A stretch of 64,000 bases of DNA from assembly GCF_036321535.1 (NCBI RefSeq), contig NC_087444.1, forward strand, positions 69,998,001 to 70,062,000, given 5' to 3'. Below, in pieces: positions 1 to 33,545 of the stretch. The first letter of the stretch is position 1; each line of letters begins with the position of its first letter. Both the position numbers and the translations under genes were made by a program. The stretch comes from Camelus dromedarius (taxonomy: Eukaryota). The notes beneath the pieces are model-generated. The model was given only the letters and a program-made list of their open reading frames with translations, was not told where the DNA came from and ran no database searches.

Positions 1-924
1 ACGCCTCTTTTTCATTCTCTCCACCCATCCACAGCTCCAGTCCTCCCCTCTCGAAGTCTCCTTGATACCTCCGGCTCTTCATGCCCTAAAATGAACTCAC
101 ATTTCCCCAAGAGGAGCTTCCTCCTCCAGACTGCCATATCAGGATGGCCCATAACCCCCAGACCCCAGTTCTGCCCTGACTGTCCCCCAACTTAGTCCCC
201 AAACTGCTCTTTGATTGATCATCCCCACCCCCAATGACAGCCATCACCAGCTGTGTCCACCCCAGATCCCATGCACTCTGAATTGCCTACAGAGACACAG
301 AGGCACAGAGTGGGCAAACCATTTATTCTGGGTCACACAACTCCGAGATTGCAGACAGCTCTCAGCCACAACCACTACACCCTGCTGCCTGACCCTGTCC
401 TGTCACTGCTTACCAGAGTGTGAAATCAGTTGCTGTGAGGCAGAGGAGGCAGTATTATGAGAAACCCACAAGCAGACTCTGAAGTCAATTGCTTGGGTTC
501 AAATCCCAGCATTGCCACTTCCTCCCCATAAGACCTCAGCCAAGTCACAGAGGTGTGACCTCTCAGTCCAGCCCTCTATACCCTGGTACTGACCTTATGG
601 TTTCCCAGTGGGCAATGGGAGCCCTGAAAAACCTTTAAAGAGTACAGTCCAATCCTCTCACCTTCATTTTCCTCATCAGATTCCAACACATTTTTAGCTT
701 CATCTCTCTCCCTCTACTGCAGAAAAATTTGCTGCTCTTCANNNNNNNNNNNNNNNNNNNNNNNNNNNNNNNNNNNNNNNNNNNNNNNNNNNNNNNNNNN
801 NNNNNNNNNNNNNNNNNNNNNNNNNNNNNNNNNNNNNNNNNNNNNNNNNNNNNNNNNNNNNNNNNNNNNNNNNNNNNNNNNNNNNNNNNNNNNNNNNNNN
901 NNNNNNNNNNNNTCAACTATTAAA

Positions 925-1310
925 AAAACCGAAATTTTGTTATTTGGGGCAACATGGATAGACTTGGAGGGTATTATGCTAAGCGAAATAAATCAGAGAA
1001 CGATAAATACTGTATGATATCACTTATATGTGGAATCTGAAAAATACAACAAACTAGTGAATGTAACAAAAAGAGAAGCAGACTCACAGATATAGAGAAC
1101 AAACGAGTGGTTACCAGTGGGGGGAGGGCAGTAAAGAGGTGAGGGAGTGGGCGGTACAAACTATTGGGTGTAAGACAGGCTCAAGGATGTATCACACAAC
1201 ATGGGGAATATAGCCAATATTTTGTAATAATTGTAAGTGGAAAGTAACCTTTAAAAATTGTATACAAATTTTAAAAATTTAAATATATCATTTTTAAAAA
1301 CTTTTTAAGT
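925..1310 (+). mobile_element. LINE-1 3' fragment
   Basis: The sequence GCAACATGGATAGACTTGGAGGGTATTATGCTAAGCGAAATAAATCAG...CACTTATATGTGGAATCT...AGCCAATATTTTGTAATAA is a typical L1 3' end. Confidence 0.85.
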
Positions 1311-2317
1311 TAAGAGGCCAAGCAGGAAACACAAGTGCATGAAATACTTTTAATAGACACTGTAAGCCCCATGAAAAAGGGGCCTCTGCCACTTGTCTTA
1401 AGGCAGTTGTTGAGGAGGAATAGTAGGTCTCCTGCCAGATCCTTTTTCTTTCTTCTTTTTTTTTTTTGAGAGAAACTCGAAATGTGTTGGGGTTTTTTTT
1501 TTCAAGCAAACCATCTGATTTGTAACAATAGGCAATTGATTCAAAAATTTAAAATATATTGTAGGCCAAAGAAAAAATTCTCTGGGCCATATCCAAGCCT
1601 CTTCAGCCATTCCTGCCCTGATCCTGTACACACAGTTTCTGTGCCCACCAGACCACAAGCCTCCCAAAAGCAGGGCCCAGATGTGACTCACCCTAGGTCC
1701 CAGCATGGCCTTGGGAAACAAGCTGAATGAAAACGGTCCCACATCCCCCATTTGCCCTCCTCCAAGCCTTGTACATGCTGTTCCATAGAACATTTCTAGC
1801 ATTGCCTGAAATGTTCTTTTCCTCCTCTACTAGCAGTTGCTACCAAACAAAAAATACAAGGGTCTTGTGTCAACTCCTCTATGAAGACCTCTCTCATCAG
1901 CAGGACAGTCATCACTCCCTTCTTGGTCTATGCCAGGTCTCTCTCAGATGCAACCACTGGGGCTGGAACTGTCTGTGCTCACCACTGGACTGGGCATCCT
2001 CTGGGAACACAGACTCATTCTCACTCAATCTGGGGCCTCAGCATCACCAGAGCTCAGAGTTGGGCACATAGTTGGCCTCAGTGGGTGGATGTGTTAGACT
2101 GACTGAAGCCCCAGGTTTCCCCAACCTGCTGGCCTCTGGGGCCCTAGGAAGGTGACAAGTGACAGTACCTTCCCCTCCACTTTGGACCTAGAACTCAGAG
2201 CTAAGGAAAGCTGCTCTCCTGGGCTATTCACCAAAAATCAAGAGGACCACAAAGTAGGTATTTTATTGAAGTGATTAGAATGTGGGATTCCTGGCCCCAA
2301 CCTAGCCTCAGCCCCCC

Positions 2318-3494
2318 TCAGTACAGTCTCATGGGTGGAAAGGACCAGGCCTCCGGGCTGCTCTGGGCCACCACCCAGGAGAGGCTGGGCAGTGGGGCAG
2401 GGGGGCTGGGGCTCCAGTCCAGGGCAGAGGTTCGGGGCAACAAGGGTGATGGTGGCTGAGGCAGGAGTTGTGGTGGGCCAACCCCCCAGGGCCGGGGAGG
2501 GGGTGGTGTGGCTACCAGCCAAATACTTTTCAGCAGATCAAAAGCTGTTGGGGGGCCCCAGGCCATCTCCGATGGTGAAGGCAATGAGGACAATGGGGGT
2601 AGCCAGGGACCTTTCGGTGGTGCCAGGCTCACCCTGTGCACAGTAGGAGTGCTGCAGGTGTGAGGCATGGTGAAGTTGAGCTCCTTTGTCTTCTTTTGCC
2701 TCCTCTGCCTCCCCTCCCTTGGGGCCTGCTCAGGGCTGTTGATCCAGGAGGGTGTCATCCTTCGTTCCTCAGGGCCCCCAGGCTTGGTCCCTGGCAAAGA
2801 GGAAAGCAGCACAGGGGACAGATGAACTAGCACAGACAAAGGGAAGGGAGTACAGGGGACAGGAGGTGGACTCACCTGGCAAGGGTGGCTGGCAACTCCG
2901 GAGCACCAGGGTAAAGTCAGGCACACAGCCATGGCAGGCCTGTAAGGTGCTCACGATGACATCCCTGGCCTCTTGTACTAGATTTCTCCTGGGGAAGGCC
3001 TGTGGCAGAATTAGCTGGCATTGCAGCTCTTCCAGCAGCTGCTCCAAGTCAGGGAACTGTAGGGGACTAGGTGGGCCTGGGCCCGAGCCTCCAGGGACCT
3101 TGTTCTCCTTGCCCCTTGACTGTGGGGCTGGTTCTTGGGCCCTGCCTGGGCTTGGGGAGAACTTAGTGGGGAGTTTAGGGGTCCTTGGCTCCAGGGACCC
3201 ACTGCTAAGCAGTCGAGCAACGTCCAGAGATTTCACCTCATGGCTGAAGAGACCCCGGTGCTCTCGGCTCAGCCGGCCCTGGGTTATGACCACAAGCTTG
3301 GGGGCAGCAGGGGCCACAGAATTCCGGAGGACCATATGTGGATCCCGACTGGCCACAGGAGGATCTTGATGGGCCAATGACTGCCGACTGCCCACCAGAG
3401 CCTCATTACGCTCCCGCCTGGTCTTCCGACGGCGGACACGACCAGGTTTCTCAGGCCGCTGGAAAGTCTTGGGGGCTGGCCCCCTGGGGTCCAT
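2318..3494 (-). CDS. PRR19: Proline-rich protein 19 (meiotic crossover factor, CNTD1 partner); 2 coding exons, 363 aa
   Basis: Coding exons are 3494-2876 (ATG 6 nt after the acceptor ttccag at 3501-3506; donor G|GTGAG) and 2790-2318 (acceptor ttgccag; TGA). They total 1092 nt in frame. The translation [29 protein letters not shown]...[17 protein letters not shown]...[17 protein letters not shown]...SFPPMRLY matches PRR19. AATAAA lies at 2267-2262 (-). Confidence 0.96.
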
Positions 3495-4110
3495 GGCAAC
3501 CTGGAAGATAAAGATAGGGTGGTCATCAGCATGTAGATAAGTCAAGGACCTAAAAGTGAGTAGTGAAAAGAGGAGATGGTTTGGGGTGAGATGGAAGTAT
3601 GATTTAGAGAGACAAGGTGAAAGAAAGGGATCAGCAGAGAGCCAACTGGAAAAGGCTTGGTCAGGGGTAAGGTCAGGGAAAAGGCAGAGTCATAGGGGTA
3701 GGATAGGGTCAAGGGAGTCACACTGAATGAGAAGATTTGTCAAGGGATAGAGAAAGAGTTAGAGGGAACAGGGATGTGAGGAAATAGCTAGAAGATGGGG
3801 GATGCGAAAGGGATCATGATATTGGAGGGGTCTGGTGAACCAGAAGAGATTTTGAACAGAGGAGAAATCCAGGGGTAGAGGAGATACTGGAGAATGCAGA
3901 AGGTGGAGAGATGGTAGAGCGAGAAAGGCAGGAAAGAGGATGTAAGCTGGGGAGACAGAGAAAACCTCGGGAGAACAGAAAGGGCAACAGAGGAGCTATC
4001 AGGGACTGAGGCCTCGTCAAGGACGGTCCAGGAAACAAGGCAGGTTGGGCCAGGTGAGGTAAGGATGAGGGTACGATTGGTGGGGGCAGGTTGGGGGAGG
4101 GGCACCTCAC

Positions 4111-4480
4111 CTTCTGCTGCCCCAACGAATCCCGCCCTCTGCCTACTCCACGTGGCTGTGGGGTACAATGGCTTCTTTTCCGTGGTGACCCCAGGTTTTG
4201 TCGCGCCCGATGCTCTTCCGGGTCTCATGCGCCCGCGCATGCGCGTGCCCCTCCCACACCCTTTGTCTTTCCTGCTCTGGAGAAGAGCAGGCCCAGGGGC
4301 ACGTGCCAGCGGCCCAGAGTGCCGGTTATAGTCCCTCCTCCCCTCCCCAGCCTCACTTTTGGAAACTTCTTTCATTTGTCCTTAAGTACCTCCCCTTCAC
4401 CAATTGGCTGTGAGGTCCATTAGGCCCGCCCCCTTCCTCAATGCTGATTGGTTTAGACATCTATTGGCGGACTTTCTCTC
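4111..4480 (-). promoter_or_regulatory. Candidate PRR19 proximal promoter and non-coding first exon
   Basis: The region has a CpG cluster, NRF1 GCGCATGCGC at 4235-4244, CCAAT boxes at 4400-4407, 4447-4451 and 4463-4467, and a GC box at 4425-4432. A strong minus-strand donor AAG|GTGAG sits at 4111/4110, about 600 bp upstream of the 3500 acceptor. Confidence 0.6.
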
Positions 4481-4581
4481 AGCAGCATGAGATGAGACGA
4501 AGCGAAGGGAGAGAAGGGCCACGGTAGCCTCTATAAGCAGCCAGTCTCCACACAGTCACAGACTTTATCCCTAGAGAATCA

Positions 4582-4800
4582 GTACAGTGTTGTCATTCAA
4601 AGCTAGGATCCAGAACTAGACTACCCAGGTTCAAATGCCCAGATTAGCACATTTGAGCTCTGTGACCCAGGATAAGTATGTAACTGCTCAGAGCTTCAGT
4701 TTTCCTAATCTGTAAAATGAAGTTATTAGCTCCTTCTTACAATTGCTGTAAGTATGAAATGAACCAACATCTAATTTGAAACAGCGCTTGGTGAATGGAT
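4582..4800 (+). mobile_element. MIR SINE
   Basis: The sequence includes GGTTCAAATGCCC...CTGTGACCCAGGATAAG...CTTCAGTTTTCCTAATCTGTAAAATG. Confidence 0.75.
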
Positions 4801-5869
4801 GCCTCAAAACTTTGTTTCTCACTTGTCCCCTCAGACTTTCAAATCAAGCTATGCCAGGGTATTCCCCATACCCTAGTAAGCTACATTACCTGTGTAAACT
4901 TTCAAAGCCTAACTCCTCAGATACTACTTCTAGGAAATCTTTCACCCTCAGAGTCCTTCTCTTCCTCCTCCCGCAGAAGTCCCCTGTACCTTCCTTAATC
5001 ACAACTTTGATTCTTCCTGCAGCTCTGTGTCTGGATCTGCCTCCCCCAACATGGTAGGACAAGACCAGGATCTGACCGATTCATTTAAAATTCATTCAGG
5101 AAGTACTTGTGAACTTGTGAACAGCCATAGTATTTGGTACCATGACTCAGGTCCCGTTCCAGGCAAGTGAATTGTAGCAAAATATAAACACAGTAAATAA
5201 GATTGATCTCTAAATCTTAGTATCAACCTACCTAGAAGGAATAAATAGGTAGGAAGGTCCCACTTGGGAGAGGAGCTACAGGAATATAATCAGGACGTTT
5301 AGGGGGGTGTGGGACCCCCACCTGGTCCCCCAGAACAGGGAGTTCTGGGAAGATTTGAAGTCTGAGATTAATTTGGGTCAGCGACCTTAGGTGACCTTGG
5401 TTGTGCATGCTTCAGAGCGCAGAAACAACCAACTGACGTTGTTGGACAGCCATAGGTTTACAGACGGAAGCAGAGGCCACAGATCTGTAAGATGAGCTGT
5501 GCGGGAGGGGCGCCAGGCTGGACCTGGACCTTGCAGCATCTCTAATTTCCTTTGTCTTTCTGTATCTTCTACTACCCTCTTTGCAGAGTCAGTGATATAT
5601 CTGTAATGCAGACATGTAGTTTAGATTTTATGCCATAAAAACTGGTGGTTTTGAGGAGGGGAGGCCCATGAGCAGATAGGCTCACTAAAGTCCTGGCACT
5701 GTCTTATGGTGTCTCCTTACAGTTGAGCCTCTAATTTTCACATTTTGCCATCTTCCTTTTCTCTCCCCCACGTCAAAAGAAAATGGGAGCGTCCCCTCCT
5801 AGCCAGGTACGTATGAGCCACCCCCTCAAAGGATCCAAAAATGGACCCGTCCACTCATTCCCCTCCCCC

Positions 5870-6800
5870 CACCACGTGAATGGCGCGCGCGCACACACAC
5901 AGGCGAGCGCGCGCAGGTGGTCCCCTTCCGCACTTTACTCGCCCTATAGCAAATGGTTTCTTCCCCCGCTTAACTTTCTCCGTCCTCTCTTGGCCTTTCA
6001 GGTAGTTCGCTCCTCCCCGTGACGCCGGTAGGGTGGTTTCTTCCTCCTCCCCTCCACGGGTACTGGACGGTCTCGCCTCCCCCATACCCCCGGTGCCCGG
6101 GTGCGCTAGCTGCAGCCGCGGCCGGAGAGTGAGCGGCCCGGACAGGAAGCGCCGATCGAGCCCACTGCGCGGCCGCCGTAGGGGAAGCACGGCTTCCCAA
6201 TTCCACCTCCCCTCCTCCTAAGTGAAGGTTTCCGCTCCAGGAGAGGAGGCGGCGCCCGGTATCGGCCGTCACCCTCGGCTGGATTGCAGGCTTCGGGACC
6301 GTCCATTGTTGCCTGAGGGTGGGCGTGGCGGCGCCACCTCCTCCGGGAACACTCTTGGGCCCACTGTGCTTGCTCATCCTGCAGGAGCTGCGGCGCCAAG
6401 ATGAGCAGAGAAGAGAACCCAGCCAGCAAACCCACGCCGGTGCAGGACGTTCAGGGAGACGGGCGCTGGATGTCCCTGGTGAGCGACCCCTCCCGCAAAA
6501 CTCTGGAGTCCGGGGCGGGGGCGAGGGGGCGGAGTGGGTGAGGCTCTGGAGAGCTGCTGGTTCACGCCACTCTCACTCCGTGATTAGGAAACTGAGGACA
6601 GCTGGGGTGGTGCTGCCTAAGGAAGCGGGGCAGGTCAGGCCCAGCAGCGCGCGTGCCATTGACTCCCCCTTTACGTCCCCAAAGCACCATCGGTTCGTAG
6701 CCGACAGCAAAGATAAGGAACCCGAAGTCGTCTTCATCGGGGACTCCTTGGTCCAGCTAATGCACCAGTGCGAGGTGAGACCAGTCCCCCTCCTTCTGCC
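5870..6800. promoter_or_regulatory. CpG island: PAFAH1B3 promoter/5' exons, head-to-head with PRR19
   Basis: CpG density is high around the PAFAH1B3 ATG. The acceptor is at 6383-6384, and candidate upstream donors lie at 5807 and 6002. Confidence 0.75.
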
Positions 6801-8547
6801 CCACCCAGGCCTGTGCCCTCACTGACACACCTGGACCGGATCTCAGGCCAGGCGGTGTATGGGGTACGCGAAATAGCCTCAGGTAGCCGTAGGGCACTCA
6901 GAGTCTCAGTGTAAGTGCCACATTCTGCTGAGAAGGAAGTGTGTGTCCTGGCTTTGTCACATTGGGTTTGTGTATTGTGAGGCTTTAAATGAAGCTTTTT
7001 TGTAAGATTGCCTAAGATGAGACTCTTTTGTTTGCTTAAACTAGTAGTGCACAGCCTTAATGGATTTCCGCAAGGCTATAGCTGTTTCCACAAAGTGGAG
7101 GTTACTGTAATAGCTCTCCACTAAGGAGGCTCAATTATGGTATCTTTCCACAAAGTGAGGTTAAACCATGGATTCCCTCGAAGTGAGGTTCAACTGGAAT
7201 ATTATTGGTTCAATGCATGGCTCAAGCAGAATGGGTTTCCATAAAGGGAGTCTTGCTTCTATGGGTTTTCGTGAAAGTGAGATTATAATGGGTTTGCATA
7301 AAGTTAGGTTTGACCATATTGGGGTTTGCTCAAGGTGAGATTTAACCAGACTGCTTCCGTAAAGCAAGGGTCTTTCCATGATGACATTTGGTCAACACTT
7401 GGACAGAGGTGGTGGTCTATGCTGACGATGCCCCTGTGCCCACGGCACTTCTTGCCCCCAGATCTGGCGGGAGCTCTTTTCGCCTCTGCACGCACTTAAC
7501 TTTGGCATTGGCGGTGACAACACGCAGCACGTGCTGTGGCGTCTGGAGAATGGGGAGCTGGAACACATCCGTCCCAAGGTGAGCAGGGCTTGGGTGGGCA
7601 GCTAGAGCATCATTAGCCTGCTGCCTCACCACTGCTTCATGCGTCACTTTCCGCAGATTGTGGTGGTCTGGGTGGGTACCAACAACCACGGGCACACTGC
7701 AGAGCAGGTGACTGGAGGCATCAAGGCCATTGTGCAACTGGTGAACGAGCGGCAGCCCCAGGCCCGGGTCGTCGTGCTGGTGAGAGAATGGGATGGTGGG
7801 GGAGGAAGAAAGGCAGTGGTCTGGGACCCTTTGAGGTGTAGCCACAGCTGCACAATTCTGAGCATCTTGGCACCGAGCAGTGGCCTTCAGGCAGAATCTC
7901 GCGTTGGCACTTGCTACACCCATCAGAGTGGCTGTGGTTAAAAGGACACATTTAGGGACTAATTAGCCCATTTTGCCCAAGGGACTGTTAGAGATTCTAC
8001 GGGTGTTGAAAAACTCAAAATACTTAAATAGCCAAAAGTTGTCAGGCGTTCTCAGGGCAAATCTAGACTTCATCACTTCTAGAAGGTTCTTGCTGAGTGA
8101 GATCTCAGACCTGGTTTCAGGAACTACGTTTCTAAACCCCGGTTTTTCATCCCTGGTGTATTCTACAGCTGGGGGGTGGAAAACAGTTTGGCACAGAGAA
8201 CAGGATACCCAGATGCTGGTAGGCTGCCTCCTTATAATGCTTGGTACCTTCTCCAGGGCCTGCTTCCTCGGGGCCAGCACCCCAACCCACTTCGTGAGAA
8301 AAACCGACGGGTGAATGAGCTGGTACGGGCAGCATTGGCTGGCAACCCACGGGCCCACTTCCTGGATGCAGACCCTGGCTTTGTGCACTCAGATGGCACC
8401 ATAAGCCACCATGACATGTATGATTACCTGCATCTGAGCCGCCTGGGCTACACACCTGTTTGCCGGGCCCTGCACTCCCTGCTTCAGCGTCTGCTGGCCC
8501 AAGACCAGGGCCAGGGCGGTGTCCCCTTGCCAGAGCCCACACCCTAA
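6401..8547 (+). CDS. PAFAH1B3: Platelet-activating factor acetylhydrolase IB subunit alpha1/gamma (SGNH hydrolase), 232 aa
   Basis: Exons 6401-6478, 6685-6774, 7462-7578, 7657-7779 and 8257-8547 are all GT-AG and phase 0. Motifs GDS47L, G74, GTN104N and DYLH are intact. ATTAAA lies at 8567-8572. Confidence 0.98.
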
Positions 8548-9432
8548 GCATCTGCCTTCCTGCAACATTAAATTTTCATTCTTCAGTCTCCAATTTTCTG
8601 CTCTATGGTCAAGCCTGTCTGGGTACCTCAACCTCAACGCTGATACCTGTGACCCTGCAGCTCTGTCCAAGGCAGGCCTCACCAATCCATCAACAGTCAG
8701 ATTTCTACTATCACAGTAGTGCTGCAGGCAGGCAGTACCAATGAGTAGCACACTAGGTGAAACTAGTTTGCCAACACAACCCTACAGGATCAAGGTCAAA
8801 CAAGAATTCTGGGTGATTCAATAGTCAAAGCCCACCCAAATCTGCCCTCCAGTCTGCACATGCTCTTTCCCCTGGCTGGAACTTAACGGTATTCTGGTCC
8901 TGGCTTAGATGTGACTTCTTGTGGAAGCTTCCTGACCTTCCCACCCCCAGCAGTCATCCCTCTACACAGGATATGGTTATCTTTCTCCCAAGAGCATGTC
9001 CACAGGCTGTGATAGACAGGCAGAAAGCAGGAGAGCTTCCTCTGGCCTGGCTGCAGTGCTAGCTCAGGCCACGTGGGGGCACCAAGAGTCACCGAGGACA
9101 GCGCAGTTCTCTTGGCCAACTGGCCTCCCCCACCCAGTGCCACCTCTGGCTCAGACCTATCAGGTCCAACTGGACTGTCAAAGATGAACTGCCCTTCTTG
9201 CAGCACCACATCTCAGGCCCTCCCCCAGCTCACGCAGGTTGGATGGCTGAGAAAGGATCATGACTGCTGACCAGATCCTTCTGAGGTAGGGAGAGGATGG
9301 TCCTGGAATTCCTTCCCTCATCTTGGGTTGGGGGAGCAGTATGTAACTCCATGGCCATCCGGGGAACCAACTGGTATAACCAACATCCCTTCTCCCTTTA
9401 GAACAGACAGCTACACAGGTGTGTTAAACAGC

Positions 9433-9438
9433 TTTAAT
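9433..9438 (-). terminator. CIC distal poly(A) signal ATTAAA
   Basis: TTTAAT on + lies about 610 nt downstream of the CIC stop, at the end of a UTR that contains miRNA seed sites. Confidence 0.65.
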
Positions 9439-9941
9439 CTCGGTCATTGCGGCTTCTCGGCACAGTAAGAAATATTGCACATGATCAACATGTTTTGTTC
9501 TGGGGATGGGGATGAGGGGAGGGGAAAATCACCTTCTTAGAAAGTACAACCCAAGTTGGGAGGGCAGAGGGGGTGAGGCGAGAACCCTCTCCATGCCTGT
9601 GGCAAAGTGCAGGAGCCCCCACCCCCAAACTAACCTGAGTCCAGCCCCTCTGGGGAAAAAAGGGGTACATGAACTCCCCCTACTCCACAGGTGCCTCCCT
9701 GTGGCCTGAGGCCTGCACAACCCTCCAGCTTGCGGCCCTCACGCGAGCCATTTTGCATAAAGTACAAGTGAAAAGGTCTGAAGGTAACACACTCCAGGTT
9801 ATGTACAGGGGCTCAATGGAGGGAGACTGTGCCCCTGCTTCCCCTCAGCTGCCCCCCATCACAGGGAGGGAGCTGTGGGGAGAGGGGGTAGACAAGAGGA
9901 GCAGGCCTCATTCCGCCCTAAACTGGAAAGGACGAAATGGC

Positions 9942-9947
9942 TTTATT
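9942..9947 (-). terminator. CIC proximal poly(A) signal AATAAA
   Basis: TTTATT on + lies 100 nt downstream of the stop codon. Confidence 0.45.
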
Positions 9948-10046
9948 GGGGAGGAGGTAACCATCCTGCCCCCCAATTCCTGCCACCTACATACTGTCCA
10001 TGTCCTGAGGGGGATACTGTGGGTCTGGGATCTTCTCAGGGGCCCC

Positions 10047-32974
<22,928 letters not shown>

Positions 32975-33289
32975 CCTTTGTCTGCCTGCAGAGTAGGAGG
33001 GCAGACAAGGATCATCGGGAGCAACTCAGGAGCACCCCAGACCCAGTGTCCTCTAAAGACTTCCCACTTGCTGAGGCCACTGCCTCAACTCCATGATCCC
33101 TGAGGCTTCCTTCTTGGCTGTCCTCAACTCTGAGGGCCCCTGACCAGCACCCAGACACAGACTGGCACTCATGTCCCCTGAGCTATACACTCTGGCTCCT
33201 TGGAGATGCTCACATAATCTGCTTCCTCTGCAAAGGACACAGTAGGTACCTGCACACACTCTGACTGCCCCAAGGAGCGCGAGCAGCAG

Positions 33290-33545
33290 TAACAGTTCAT
33301 GCCTATGAAACACTCACTTTGTGCCAAGCCCTGGGCTAAACCTGCCTTTATTAGCCCATTTCATCCTCACAACAGCCCGAAGAGGCAGGTGCTACTATCA
33401 GCCCCATTTTACACTTGAGGAAACCGGAGTACAGAGAGATCAAGCAACTTGTCCAAATTCATCCAGCTAGGAAATGGCAGAGCTAAGATCTGAACCCAGG
33501 CAATCTGGCTCCAGAGTCTGAGCTCCTAACCATTTCAGTGTGCTG
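33290..33545 (-). mobile_element. MIR SINE upstream of the CIC-L coding exon
   Basis: The sequence includes CATCCTCACAACAGCCC...CCCCATTTTACACTTGAGGAAAC...GATCTGAACCCAGGC. Confidence 0.78.

Noticed and set aside
3495-3545. Longer PRR19 N-terminus ([17 protein letters not shown]) in the ORF track
   Set aside because: It runs through a polypyrimidine tract and the acceptor TTCCAG at 3501-3506, so it is intronic. The real start is 3494.
8176-8256. Upstream in-frame extension of the last PAFAH1B3 exon (MENSLAQ...)
   Set aside because: It is intronic sequence before the acceptor CTCCAG at 8251-8256.
9283-9289. let-7 seed match on the CIC strand
   Set aside because: It lies beyond the distal poly(A) signal at 9433-9438, so it is outside the likely 3'UTR.
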